Source of the DNA: an uncultured Acidobacteriota bacterium
Lineage (GTDB): Bacteria > Acidobacteriota > UBA6911
Direction of reading: 5' to 3'
Assembly: GCA_964474425.1 (NCBI GenBank)
Contig: CAYYTC010000002.1
Span: 39,859 to 103,858 of the forward strand
Length of the DNA: 64,000 nt
The position numbers and the translations under genes are program-made. This document shows positions 55,068 through 63,833 of this stretch, one piece after another. Below the pieces are notes generated by a model that was not told the DNA's origin, did no database searches, and saw nothing but the letters and a program-made list of their open reading frames with translations. The number at the start of each line of letters is the position of its first letter. Position 1 is the stretch's first letter.

Positions 55068-55095
55068 TTCGTCATTCGTCAATCGTCATTCGTCA
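55068..55095. repeat. four tandem heptamers (TTCGTCA/ATCGTCA)
   Basis: ttcgtca ttcgtca atcgtca ttcgtca, ending 9 nt before the EF-G stop codon on the other strand. The 15-mer gtcattcgtcaatcg recurs at 59525-59539. Confidence 0.85.
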
Positions 55096-55103
55096 ATATG
55101 TTG

Positions 55104-57164
55104 TTATACCCAGGACTTGGCCGGCTGGTAATCATAGGGTTCCATGGAAAAACTGCCTCGCCCCTGGGTGAGAGACCGGACCTGCGTGGAGTAGCCGAAC
55201 ATCTCGGCCAACGGCACATATCCCCGGACCACGGCGACACCGGCCAGCAATTCCGTGTCATGGATCTCCGCTCTCCGGGAACCCAGGTCCTTCATCACAG
55301 GGCCGAGGCAATCGTCCGGGGTGCGGACCTCGAGGTTCATAACCGGTTCGAGCACGATGGTCTGCGCCTGCGCGACGGCTTCTCTCAATGCGAGCGTGAG
55401 GGTCCCCATCAATGGAACGGCGATATCCGGAGGATCGTTGTGGCGGAATTCAAGGATGCGCACGGTGAGGTCGACCACGGGGTAGCCATGGGAACCTCCG
55501 GAATCACAGCCCCTCAGAAGTATTTCTTCCGCTTCGCGCTGAAGGGCGGGCGACAGTTGTCGGGATATGCGGGAGATGTCTATCTCCACGGGAGGCAGAC
55601 TTCGATCCCCGGGGGTCCTCGTCCTCGGCAAAACTTCGACCGCGGCGCGGCCGCTGACCAGCACATCGCCGATGCGCTTTTCAAATTCCCCCTTGCCGAC
55701 GCTGCGCGACGTTATGGTCTCGCGATAGGAGACGCGCGGCCGCCCAAAAAAGGCGGCAACGTTGAACTCCCGCTGCATGCGGTTTCGGGTTACCTCCAGG
55801 TGCAGTTCGCCCATGCCGGAGAGGATCATCTGACCGGTTTCTTCATCCGTTCCGACGCGAAGCGTAGGATCTTCCCGCAACAGACGGTTGACCATTTCAA
55901 ACAGCCGGTCTCTGTCCGCGGAGGTTTGCGTCTCCACCGCCATGGAAACAACAGTTTGCGGAAAGTGGATCGGTTCGTAAGTGATCGGGTGCTGGGGATC
56001 GCACAGAGTGTCTCCGGTTGCAATATCCTTCAGCCCGTGGACTGCGACGATATCCCCGCATCGAGCTGCGTCAACAGGCTCGGTCCGGTCGGCATGGAGG
56101 CGGAGGATTCGCCGGAGCCGGAGACGGGTTTTTGAGCGTGGATGATAGCAGCGTTCCTCCGTCGTCAGGGAACCGGAATAAACGCGCAACCATAAAAAAT
56201 CGGTGCTTGAGGTCGCCACAACTTTGAAAACCAGCGCGGAAAACGGCGCCTCCAGCTTCAGTGGGCGCTCGAGCGGGGAGCCGGTCGCAGGGTCCATGCC
56301 CTGAGCCGGAGGGCGGTCGAGAGGAGACGGGAGGTAATCGCAGATCGCATCCAGGACCGGCTGAATGCCTGTGTCCCGCAATGCGGCGCCGCACAATACG
56401 GGTATCAGGCCGCCGCTGAGGGTAGCTTCCCGTATGGCCCGCCTGAGGTCTTTGGCATCCACGGGCTGGCCGGCCAGATAGATGTCGGCAAGCCAATCCA
56501 CGCAGTTGGCAGTGTTCTCGACAAGATGATTGCGCGCCTCTTCCGCAAAAGACTTGAACTCATCCGGGATTTCCCGGACCTCGAGTTCGCGTCCGTATGT
56601 CATCGGGTTGAACAGGATGAGCCGCCGTTCCACAAGATCGATGATTCCTTCCAGGCGGTTCTCGAGGCCGTGTGGGAGGTTGATGAATGCCGCTCGAGCC
56701 CTGAGCCGCGATTCCACCTGTTTGAGAACGCGCTCATGGTCGGCGCCGGCCCGGTCCAGCTTATTAACGAATGCCAGCCGGGGGACCTGATAGCTATCGG
56801 CCTGCCGCCAGACAGTTTCGCTCTGGGGTTCCACCCCCTCGACTCCGGAAAAGATGACCACCGCGCCATCCAGAACGCGCAGGCTGCGCTCCACTTCGGC
56901 CGTAAAGTCCACATGCCCGGGGGTATCGATCAAATTGACCTGGTGATTCCTCCAAGGAAAGGTGGTTGCGGCGGCCGATATGGTGATTCCCCGCTCCCGT
57001 TCGTCCGCCCGGAAATCCATAACGGCCTGGCCATCGTGGACCTCGCCCATCTTGTGGGTTTTCCCGGAAAAAAAAAGAAAGCGCTCGGTGACTGTGGTCT
57101 TCCCTGCGTCGATGTGGGCGATAATTCCGACATTCCGCACGCGCTCGAGCGGTGTTAAGGCCAT
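55104..57164 (-). CDS. elongation factor G paralogue (EF-G2-like translational GTPase)
   Basis: Start at ATG 57164 (GGAGGA 5 nt upstream). Contains RNVGIIAHIDAGKTT, DTPGHVDF and NKLD, with full EF-G domain length. Confidence 0.9.
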   Translation of the reverse strand: MALTPLERVRNVGIIAHIDAGKTTVTERFLFFSGKTHKMGEVHDGQAVMDFRADERERGITISAAATTFPWRNHQVNLIDTPGHVDFTAEVERSLRVLDGAVVIFSGVEGVEPQSETVWRQADSYQVPRLAFVNKLDRAGADHERVLKQVESRLRARAAFINLPHGLENRLEGIIDLVERRLILFNPMTYGRELEVREIPDEFKSFAEEARNHLVENTANCVDWLADIYLAGQPVDAKDLRRAIREATLSGGLIPVLCGAALRDTGIQPVLDAICDYLPSPLDRPPAQGMDPATGSPLERPLKLEAPFSALVFKVVATSSTDFLWLRVYSGSLTTEERCYHPRSKTRLRLRRILRLHADRTEPVDAARCGDIVAVHGLKDIATGDTLCDPQHPITYEPIHFPQTVVSMAVETQTSADRDRLFEMVNRLLREDPTLRVGTDEETGQMILSGMGELHLEVTRNRMQREFNVAAFFGRPRVSYRETITSRSVGKGEFEKRIGDVLVSGRAAVEVLPRTRTPGDRSLPPVEIDISRISRQLSPALQREAEEILLRGCDSGGSHGYPVVDLTVRILEFRHNDPPDIAVPLMGTLTLALREAVAQAQTIVLEPVMNLEVRTPDDCLGPVMKDLGSRRAEIHDTELLAGVAVVRGYVPLAEMFGYSTQVRSLTQGRGSFSMEPYDYQPAKSWV

Positions 57165-57300
57165 CCGGTCCTCCACACCCGGTAGGTAGTATCCTGGGGC
57201 GGCATCACCGGGCCTGCTTTTGTTCCGCCCAAAACACAGAAAGCAGTACTTTTACAGCTGGATGTGATTTCGTCAAGCAAATCGATCAAAGGAGTTTCCG

Positions 57301-57328
57301 GTTCCCAGTTTCGAGTTCCCAGTTTCGA
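57301..57328. repeat. perfect tandem duplication of a 14-mer (gttcccagtttcga x2)
   Basis: 57301-57314 and 57315-57328 are identical, and a partial unit (gtttccg) lies immediately upstream. Confidence 0.9.
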
Positions 57329-57461
57329 ATGACAGCCCGCAATTTAAGACAGGCTGGATTGAAGGCTGAAAGCCTGTCGGGAAACGGGGGGCACAAAATT
57401 TGATTTGCCAGTCTGGCCATTTTCCATGCAAAATCTATTGTTTGGCAATTGCGTGAGGTTT

Positions 57462-58193
57462 ATGAGAAAAGTCATTGAAATTGAAGTACGCGAGGTCACG
57501 CCGAGCCCCGGTGAAGTTCTGGAAAGCCTGGGAATGGCGGGCCGGGAAAATCTGCCGGCCCGCATTGGTGTGCTCCTCGATTCGGCTCTGGAATTATTCG
57601 GGCAGCTTGCCGAGCCTCGGGGGCTGCTTCAGGATTGGCCGATTGCGGAGTTTCCGTCCGTATACGACGGAAATGGATTGAATTCCCCGGAGGGCCCGGT
57701 TCCGCTTATTGTTCCAAAGGCGGACGGCCTGGCCCTTTTTGCGGCCACCCTGGGCGGGGCGCTGATTGCCAAAAGCAGCGAGCTTTTCGCAAAGGGAGGC
57801 CCTGCGCTCGGTTTTATGCTGGATGCGGTCAATTCCTCCGGGGCCGAAAGGCTGGGGATGCTCATGGGACAGCGTTTTCTTGAGCTTTTACCTGAAGGAT
57901 TGCGCCGATCCGGGAAACTGAAGGCCCAATACTACTGTCCCGGCCACTGCGGCTGGCACATCTCGGGGCAGGCAAAGCTGTTCGAGATCCTGCGCCCGGA
58001 GGAAATTGGCATCACGCTGAACACGAGATGGGTCATGCAGCCAACCAAATCAATCTCAGGCATTCTTGTCGTCGGAGACATGGAAATTCACAGGTTCCGG
58101 CCGAATTTCCCTTTCTGCAAGGATTGCAGAGAACACAAATGCATCAAAAGGCTGGCGTTCCTGGAGGATATAAACCAGTTGATTCCTGAATAA
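57462..58193 (+). CDS. stand-alone protein resembling the AdoMet-binding activation domain of cobalamin-dependent methionine synthase
   Basis: Trimmed to MRKVIEIEV... (GAGG upstream). YYCPGHCGWHISGQAKLFEILRPEEIGITLNTRWVMQPTKSISGI parallels the MetH activation-domain stretch PGYPACPEH..K..iwelL......gm.LTesfaM.P.aSVSG. Confidence 0.65.
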   Translation: MRKVIEIEVREVTPSPGEVLESLGMAGRENLPARIGVLLDSALELFGQLAEPRGLLQDWPIAEFPSVYDGNGLNSPEGPVPLIVPKADGLALFAATLGGALIAKSSELFAKGGPALGFMLDAVNSSGAERLGMLMGQRFLELLPEGLRRSGKLKAQYYCPGHCGWHISGQAKLFEILRPEEIGITLNTRWVMQPTKSISGILVVGDMEIHRFRPNFPFCKDCREHKCIKRLAFLEDINQLIPE

Positions 58194-58261
58194 AATGGAG
58201 CCGCGAATCAGCATGAATCCTGATAAGCACCTACCTATGAGGGAGAATCGAGCGGGATCTT

Positions 58262-59161
58262 ATGGAAAACATTATTGAACGTCTGCGTCGGGGCGAAGTG
58301 ATCGTCGGGGACGGCGCGCTCGGCACGCAGCTTATGAAGCGCGGTTTGAAACATGGGGATCCTCCGGAGTCCTTCAATCTCACAAGACCCCGCGTCCTCG
58401 AGGAGATCGCCTCTCTATACCTGGAGGCCGGGGCGGAAATCGTCACGACCAACACCTTCGGGGCCACTTCCCTGAGGCTGAAGCAGTTCTCTTTGGAGAC
58501 GGATGTCGATGAAATCAACCGGAGCGCTGTTCATGCCGTGCGCAAAGCAGTCGGCGACAAAGCTTATGTTTCCGCTTCGGTGGGTCCTACGGCACAGATG
58601 ATCAAGCCTTTCGGCGACGCGGAACCCGATGCGGTGTATTCCAGCTTTCAGCAACAGGTGCGGGCGCTCCTGGACGCGGGTGCGGACATGATCTGCATTG
58701 AAACCATGACAGACCTGACGGAAGCTACGCTGGCGATCCAGGCAGTGCGTTCGATCGATCTGAAAATTCCGGTTATGGCGACCATGACCTTCAGCAGGAT
58801 GGCTCAGGGATTTTTCACATTGATGGGATCCTCGGTGGCGAACGCGGCGGCGGCGCTGGAAAAGGCCGGAGCGGATATTGTCGGCTCCAACTGCGGCGAC
58901 GGAACGGAGAGTATGGTCGGGATTGCGCGGGAGTTCCGTCAACATTCCCGGCTTCCGATAGCCATTCAGGGCAATGCGGGGCTGCCCACAGCTTCGGACA
59001 CCGGCCTGATATATCCGGAAACGCCCGATTTCGTTGCAGGCAAAGCCCTTGAAATGCTGAATCTGGGCGTACAGATCATTGGCGGGTGCTGCGGCACGGG
59101 CCCCGAACACATTCGCGCTATACGAAAGGTTGTGGATAATCAGAGGCAGTCGGTCCGCTGA
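58262..59161 (+). CDS. homocysteine S-methyltransferase domain protein (MetH Hcy-binding module)
   Basis: 299 aa containing IVGDGALGTQL, TNTFGAT, and the Zn-ligand pair in IIGGCCGTGPEHI. Confidence 0.85.
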   Translation: MENIIERLRRGEVIVGDGALGTQLMKRGLKHGDPPESFNLTRPRVLEEIASLYLEAGAEIVTTNTFGATSLRLKQFSLETDVDEINRSAVHAVRKAVGDKAYVSASVGPTAQMIKPFGDAEPDAVYSSFQQQVRALLDAGADMICIETMTDLTEATLAIQAVRSIDLKIPVMATMTFSRMAQGFFTLMGSSVANAAAALEKAGADIVGSNCGDGTESMVGIAREFRQHSRLPIAIQGNAGLPTASDTGLIYPETPDFVAGKALEMLNLGVQIIGGCCGTGPEHIRAIRKVVDNQRQSVR

Positions 59162-59268
59162 TTGCCGTTTCAACAGGACGGTGTTTTGCGCCCGGATTTC
59201 CGCTCGATATTTCCGGAGCGCTCTATTCGGATACACCGGAGGCTCACATTCCTCAACCGGGAGCAAAT

Positions 59269-59454
59269 ATGAGAATTGCGGCCAGGCATATGATTTCCAC
59301 GGTATTGCTTCTAGCGGTGATTTCCGCCGGGCATGGTCAGGATGCCAAAATTGCGGTCCTGAATCCTCGCGGGAATCCCCCTCCGGTCCCTCTGGCACCC
59401 ATGGCTCCAAGGCTCCCAGGCCTGGACGGCAAAACCATAGATCCCTGGAGATAA
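59269..59454 (+). CDS. short ORF (61 aa) with a signal-like N-terminus; possibly a truncated gene fragment
   Basis: GGGAG lies upstream of the ATG. The sequence MRIAARHMISTVLLLAVISAGHG is followed by a Pro-rich stretch. The ORF ends in the convergent terminator zone before the TOBE gene. Confidence 0.3.
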   Translation: MRIAARHMISTVLLLAVISAGHGQDAKIAVLNPRGNPPPVPLAPMAPRLPGLDGKTIDPWR

Positions 59455-59532
59455 AAACAGCCGCAGGCTGCAAATCAAAAACCTGCGGCTTGCAGCCCGC
59501 GGCCGGCTTATTTCTCTTCAACCTGTCATTCG

Positions 59533-59742
59533 TCAATCGACGGCAATCATCACATTGGAAGCCTTGATCACCGCGTAGGCTTCTTTGCCGGGGGTCAACT
59601 GGAGCTTTTCCGCGGATTCTTTGGTGATAATGGAGACAATTTCCACACCCTTCATCACTTCCAGAACCACTTCCGAATTGACGGCGCCTGCCTTGACCTG
59701 TTTGACGGTTCCCTTCAGCACATTTCGGGCACTCAGCCTCAT
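59533..59742 (-). CDS. TOBE-domain (Mop-like molybdate/tungstate-binding) protein
   Basis: The track ORF was trimmed to 69 aa, MRLSARNVLKGTVKQVKAGAVNSEVVLEV...AVIKASNVMIAV, after AGGAGG. This is the classic single-TOBE pattern. Confidence 0.8.
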   Translation of the reverse strand: MRLSARNVLKGTVKQVKAGAVNSEVVLEVMKGVEIVSIITKESAEKLQLTPGKEAYAVIKASNVMIAVD

Positions 59743-59834
59743 ACTCTGCCTCCTTGGATAGCAAATTATACCATACCGGCTTCGGCGCCCTCGCCGATCG
59801 TGATAGCATAGACAGCCGGAAAGGCGGTTTGGAA

Positions 59835-60482
59835 ATGGGATTCGGCAGATTTGAAGAATCCGGCCCGGGCCATCTGGTAGCATCGCAGATCCGGCCCCCT
59901 GCAGACGAGGACGGGTTGCCGGAATCGCTTGCGTGGGAAAGCGCCTCACCTGTCAGCTATTGTTCCGATTGGCGGGGCGAGAATCAGGATCCGGAGCGCG
60001 AAACAGAAGCGCGCCTCCTATGGTCGGCCGATCGGTTTTTCATACGCTTCCGGTGCCGCTACCGCGCGATATTCGATTACGAAGCGCATAACGAACGGTG
60101 CGACCGGCTCTGGCTACGGGATGTGGCCGAGGTCTTTATACGACCATGCGGCGATGAAATCCGGCATTACAAAGAATTCGAAATCAGCCCGCATGGAAAC
60201 TGGCTGGATTTGAAAATAGCCGAGGGAAACAAATCCATCCTATATTGCGATCTGAAAAGCAAAGTTGTTATGGACCCGGCAGCCCGTGTCTGGACTGCGG
60301 AGATGGGCATACCGATGACCAGCCTCACCGCTTGCTTCAATCCTCGGGATACCTGGCACATCAATCTTTTCCGCATCGAGGGAAAGGACCCGAACCGGTT
60401 CTACTCCGCGTGGCGCCCCACAAGGACGCCTCGGCCGAACTTCCACGTCCCGGAGCTGTTCGGAGAGCTGCATTTTTCCTGA
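59835..60482 (+). CDS. carbohydrate-binding-family-9-like (DOMON-like) protein
   Basis: Trimmed to MGFGRFEE.... ARLLWSADRFFIRF...LWLRDVAEVFIRP...YKEFEISPHGNWLD...WTAEMGIPM resembles the CBM9-like fold pattern. Confidence 0.6.
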   Translation: MGFGRFEESGPGHLVASQIRPPADEDGLPESLAWESASPVSYCSDWRGENQDPERETEARLLWSADRFFIRFRCRYRAIFDYEAHNERCDRLWLRDVAEVFIRPCGDEIRHYKEFEISPHGNWLDLKIAEGNKSILYCDLKSKVVMDPAARVWTAEMGIPMTSLTACFNPRDTWHINLFRIEGKDPNRFYSAWRPTRTPRPNFHVPELFGELHFS

Positions 60483-60798
60483 ATCTCACAGCGCCTTCTC
60501 TGTCCTCGCGCGGGGGCTTTTTGCCGGGAGCGGCGTCCGGCGGAACAGACTGCCCGCGCTCGCCTCAAATACTTCATCTAAAAGTGTTGTAGATCACATC
60601 TCCGCCCCCGGAAAGCCATAATTAAAAAGCCTCCGAAAGCCGAATAGTTCTCCATGTCCCATAAAGAGATCCGGCAATGCTATGGGGCAAAGTATCAAAT
60701 GCACGATATGGGTCTGCTTTTACGAACTCACAGCAGAACATCCGGTTGAAGCGCATTCTCTGTTCCGAAAATCGCGGCAGAGATAACGAGGCAAGTTC

Positions 60799-62964
60799 AT
60801 GATCCTGGGTCCCGATTCGCTGCTGGTAGTGGACAATGACGATGCAAACCGCAATCAAACGGTGCAGCGCCTGCTTAAATGCGGATTTGACGCAAAGGCG
60901 GCCGCCAACGCCGGAGAAGCATTGGCATGGATTGATTCCCAGCAGATCGACCTTGTGCTCCTGAGCACCTCGATGCCCGGCATGAAGGGGATAGAGATCC
61001 TCTCGATGCTCCGCAAAACATATCCCCCCGAAAAACTCCCCGTGCTCCTGATTATGGACAGGGCCGGTGCCGAGGAAGAGGCTGCCGTGTTGGCGGCGGG
61101 CGCGAACGATTTCATGACCCGGCCCGTTGTTTTTCCCGTAGTGCTTGCCCGCATGCATGCCCATCTGTCGCGCAAGCGTGCCGAGGATGCGCTGCGTGAG
61201 AGCACCGAACGATATTCTCTGGCGGCCCGGGTCGCCAACGACGGCCTGTGGGACTGGGATCTTGTCACGGACAAGATTTACTTTTCTCCCCGATGGAAGC
61301 TGATGCTTGGCTGGGAAGAGCATGAAATCGGCACCGATCCCGATGAATGGTTCCGGCGCATCCATCCCGATGACGTCGACAGGGTGCGCGCGGATATCAC
61401 GTCGCATCTCGAGGAGCAGACGCCCATTTTTGAAAATGAATACCGGGTGCTCCACAGGGATGGGAATTACCTCTGGATGCTCTGCCGTGGACTTGCCGTC
61501 CGCGGCCCCGACGGGAAGCCTTTGAGGATGGCCGGATCCCAGACAGACATCACACGGGGAAAGGTAGTGGATATCCTGACAGGTCTACCCAACCGCGTCC
61601 TCTTTATGGACAGGCTGGGCCGGTCTTTTGAGCGGGCCAAGAGACAGAAGGATAAAACCCTCGCCGTAATCTTCCTGGACCTGGACAGTTTCAAACTGAT
61701 CAATGACAACCATGGACACCTCATGGGCGACCAGCTTCTAGTGGCCATTGCGGGCCGGCTTGAAGCGACGGTGAGGTCCAGCGACAGTGTCGTGCGGTTC
61801 GGGCGCAACCACACAATCGCGCGACTTGGCGGCGACGAATTTACCATATTGCTGGAAGACATTTGGAACGCCCATGATGCGACGCAGGTCGCGGAGCGCA
61901 TAGCCAAAGAACTGTCCATACCATTCGTGGTCGGCGGCCAGGAACTGTTCCCCACCGCCAGCATGGGCGTTGCCCTATACAGCCCTTCCTACCGCACTCC
62001 GGACGAAATGCTGCGCGATGCGGACACGGCCATGTACAGCGCCAAGGCTCTCGGTAAGGGGCGTTACCAAGTCTTCGACGCCGGGATGCGCGCTCATACC
62101 ATAGCCCGCCAGCAGCTCGTCACAGAGCTTCGGCGAGCGCTGGAGCACAAGGAGTTCGAGCTTCATTATCAATCCCTAGTGTCGCTGGAAACCGGCAGGA
62201 TCTGGGGATATGAAGCACTGGTCCGGTGGCGCCATGCCACCCGCGGGCTCGTGTCGCCCAAAGAATTCATACCCGTTGCGGAAGAGAGCGGACTCATAGT
62301 CGGGCTTGGCCAGTGGGTCCTCGAAACGGCGTGCCAGCAGATGCGCACTTGGCAGTCGCGTTTCCCGGACGATCCGCCGCTGTTCATCAGCGTCAACCTT
62401 TCCGCCAGACAGTTGCTCCAGACCGACCTTGTCCAGCAGTGCCGCACAGTTCTCGAAGAAACCCAGCTGATGTGCAACAGCCTCAGCCTGGAATTCACCG
62501 AAAGCGCGATGATGCCGGACCCCGAATCGGCAATCAAATTGATGTGTCAGCTGAAAACCCTCGGCATCAAGATTGCCCTCGACGATTTCGGTACAGGCTA
62601 TTCGTCGCTCGGCTACCTCCATCGTTTCCCGATCGACAGTCTCAAGATCGACTGTTCGTTCGTATCCCGCATGATGAAGGACGACGAAACCGTCCGCACC
62701 ATTATCAGCCTGGGACAAAATCTGGGACTGAAAGTGATCGCCGAGGGAGTTGAGACGGCTGACCAGGCCGCGAAACTGCGCGAACTGGGATGCGAACTCG
62801 CCCAAGGCTATTACTTCTCGGTGCCGGTCAGCGCCCAGGAGGCCACGGATATGCTGGCCGCCAACCGCCATTGGGCCACATCCATTAAAACCGCAAAATT
62901 CGTGCGCGGTGACCGCCGGCAGGCGGCAATCATCCTGCCGCGCCGCTATGTCCGTTCCGGCTGA
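60799..62964 (+). CDS. response regulator with REC-PAS-GGDEF-EAL domains (c-di-GMP turnover)
   Basis: 721 aa. REC (LLVVDNDD...DLVLLSTSMPGMKG), PAS (NDGLWDWDL), RLGGDEF, EALVRW and DDFGTGYSSL. Confidence 0.9.
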   Translation: MILGPDSLLVVDNDDANRNQTVQRLLKCGFDAKAAANAGEALAWIDSQQIDLVLLSTSMPGMKGIEILSMLRKTYPPEKLPVLLIMDRAGAEEEAAVLAAGANDFMTRPVVFPVVLARMHAHLSRKRAEDALRESTERYSLAARVANDGLWDWDLVTDKIYFSPRWKLMLGWEEHEIGTDPDEWFRRIHPDDVDRVRADITSHLEEQTPIFENEYRVLHRDGNYLWMLCRGLAVRGPDGKPLRMAGSQTDITRGKVVDILTGLPNRVLFMDRLGRSFERAKRQKDKTLAVIFLDLDSFKLINDNHGHLMGDQLLVAIAGRLEATVRSSDSVVRFGRNHTIARLGGDEFTILLEDIWNAHDATQVAERIAKELSIPFVVGGQELFPTASMGVALYSPSYRTPDEMLRDADTAMYSAKALGKGRYQVFDAGMRAHTIARQQLVTELRRALEHKEFELHYQSLVSLETGRIWGYEALVRWRHATRGLVSPKEFIPVAEESGLIVGLGQWVLETACQQMRTWQSRFPDDPPLFISVNLSARQLLQTDLVQQCRTVLEETQLMCNSLSLEFTESAMMPDPESAIKLMCQLKTLGIKIALDDFGTGYSSLGYLHRFPIDSLKIDCSFVSRMMKDDETVRTIISLGQNLGLKVIAEGVETADQAAKLRELGCELAQGYYFSVPVSAQEATDMLAANRHWATSIKTAKFVRGDRRQAAIILPRRYVRSG

Positions 62965-63164
62965 TCCCATCCACCGGGGATTCGGCGGGATCCTCCGGGA
63001 AAACGCGCGGGTGAGGACATGTTGAGAATGATTCCACCTCCCGCCGGCCTACACCCACCATGTGAACGATATCGAGGCGCATGGCACGCGCCATGCGTTC
63101 AAGCCCTTCAATATCCGGTTGCGCCCTGATTGTTTCCACCTTCGGACCTTTTCTCAATGGAGGG

Positions 63165-63698
63165 CTATTTCTTGTCGATACCGAAATCGAATCCCCGGTC
63201 GGCATAGCCGAAAACGAGCATATACTCCCCGGCCTTCAGTTCCCTCTCCGGTATAACGGAAAAGGAGCCGTCGGAAAAGACAACCGTCGCCGTTTTAAAG
63301 ATATCCTTCTCTTTGAATCCGCCCTTGTTCCCCGTCGTGGCATCGGCCGACGACGTCTCGAAACTCCGGCGGCTCTTTTTCTGATCAAGCCGGATGATCA
63401 TCGCGTCGTCCGGGGAAACGGCGCCGCGCACATAGAACGTCGGACGGCGTTCGGGGATGCGAGCGGCGGATCTTGGATTTTCAAGCACGCCTTGGGTCCC
63501 CAGGCTTGTATATCCGCCGGTATCCACGAATAGCTCCAGGCCTTTCGCCGTCACATCCGCCATAGCAGCGGGATTGAGACTCATCCACCCGCCGCTGTTC
63601 AAACGGCAGTAGACTCCCGTCCCGGCCGGCATACCGGTTGGAGGCTCGGGCCCGGGAACCTGCATCAAAAACAAAACAGCCAACGCTATAGCGCGCAT
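63165..63698 (-). CDS. secreted hypothetical protein (177 aa)
   Basis: Signal-like MRAIALAVLFLMQVPG. Composition is coding-like. No family recognised. Confidence 0.6.
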   Translation of the reverse strand: MRAIALAVLFLMQVPGPEPPTGMPAGTGVYCRLNSGGWMSLNPAAMADVTAKGLELFVDTGGYTSLGTQGVLENPRSAARIPERRPTFYVRGAVSPDDAMIIRLDQKKSRRSFETSSADATTGNKGGFKEKDIFKTATVVFSDGSFSVIPERELKAGEYMLVFGYADRGFDFGIDKK

Positions 63699-63833
63699 GG
63701 GATAATCCTATCACAACCCTTTTGGGGGAAAACAAGAGGAAGCATTCCCCCGGCCTGTGCTGAAAGACGTTCCAGCCGGTTGCGATTCTCCGGGGCGCGT
63801 CTGAGACCGGTTCGACGCAAAGGTTCTGCTCAT

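Noticed and set aside
59460-59497. Interleaved complementary segments (GCCGCAGG..CCTGCGGC and GGCTGCAA..TTGCAGCC in A-B-A'-B' order), suggesting a pseudoknot
   Set aside because: It lies in a 78-nt gap between convergent genes, and the segments partly overlap each other. It is most simply an ordinary GC-rich terminator region, with nothing to indicate a dedicated RNA.
58415-59809. 464-aa minus-strand ORF
   Set aside because: It is antisense to the homocysteine methyltransferase gene. It merges with the real 69-aa TOBE gene only through an upstream extension, so only 59533-59742 was kept.
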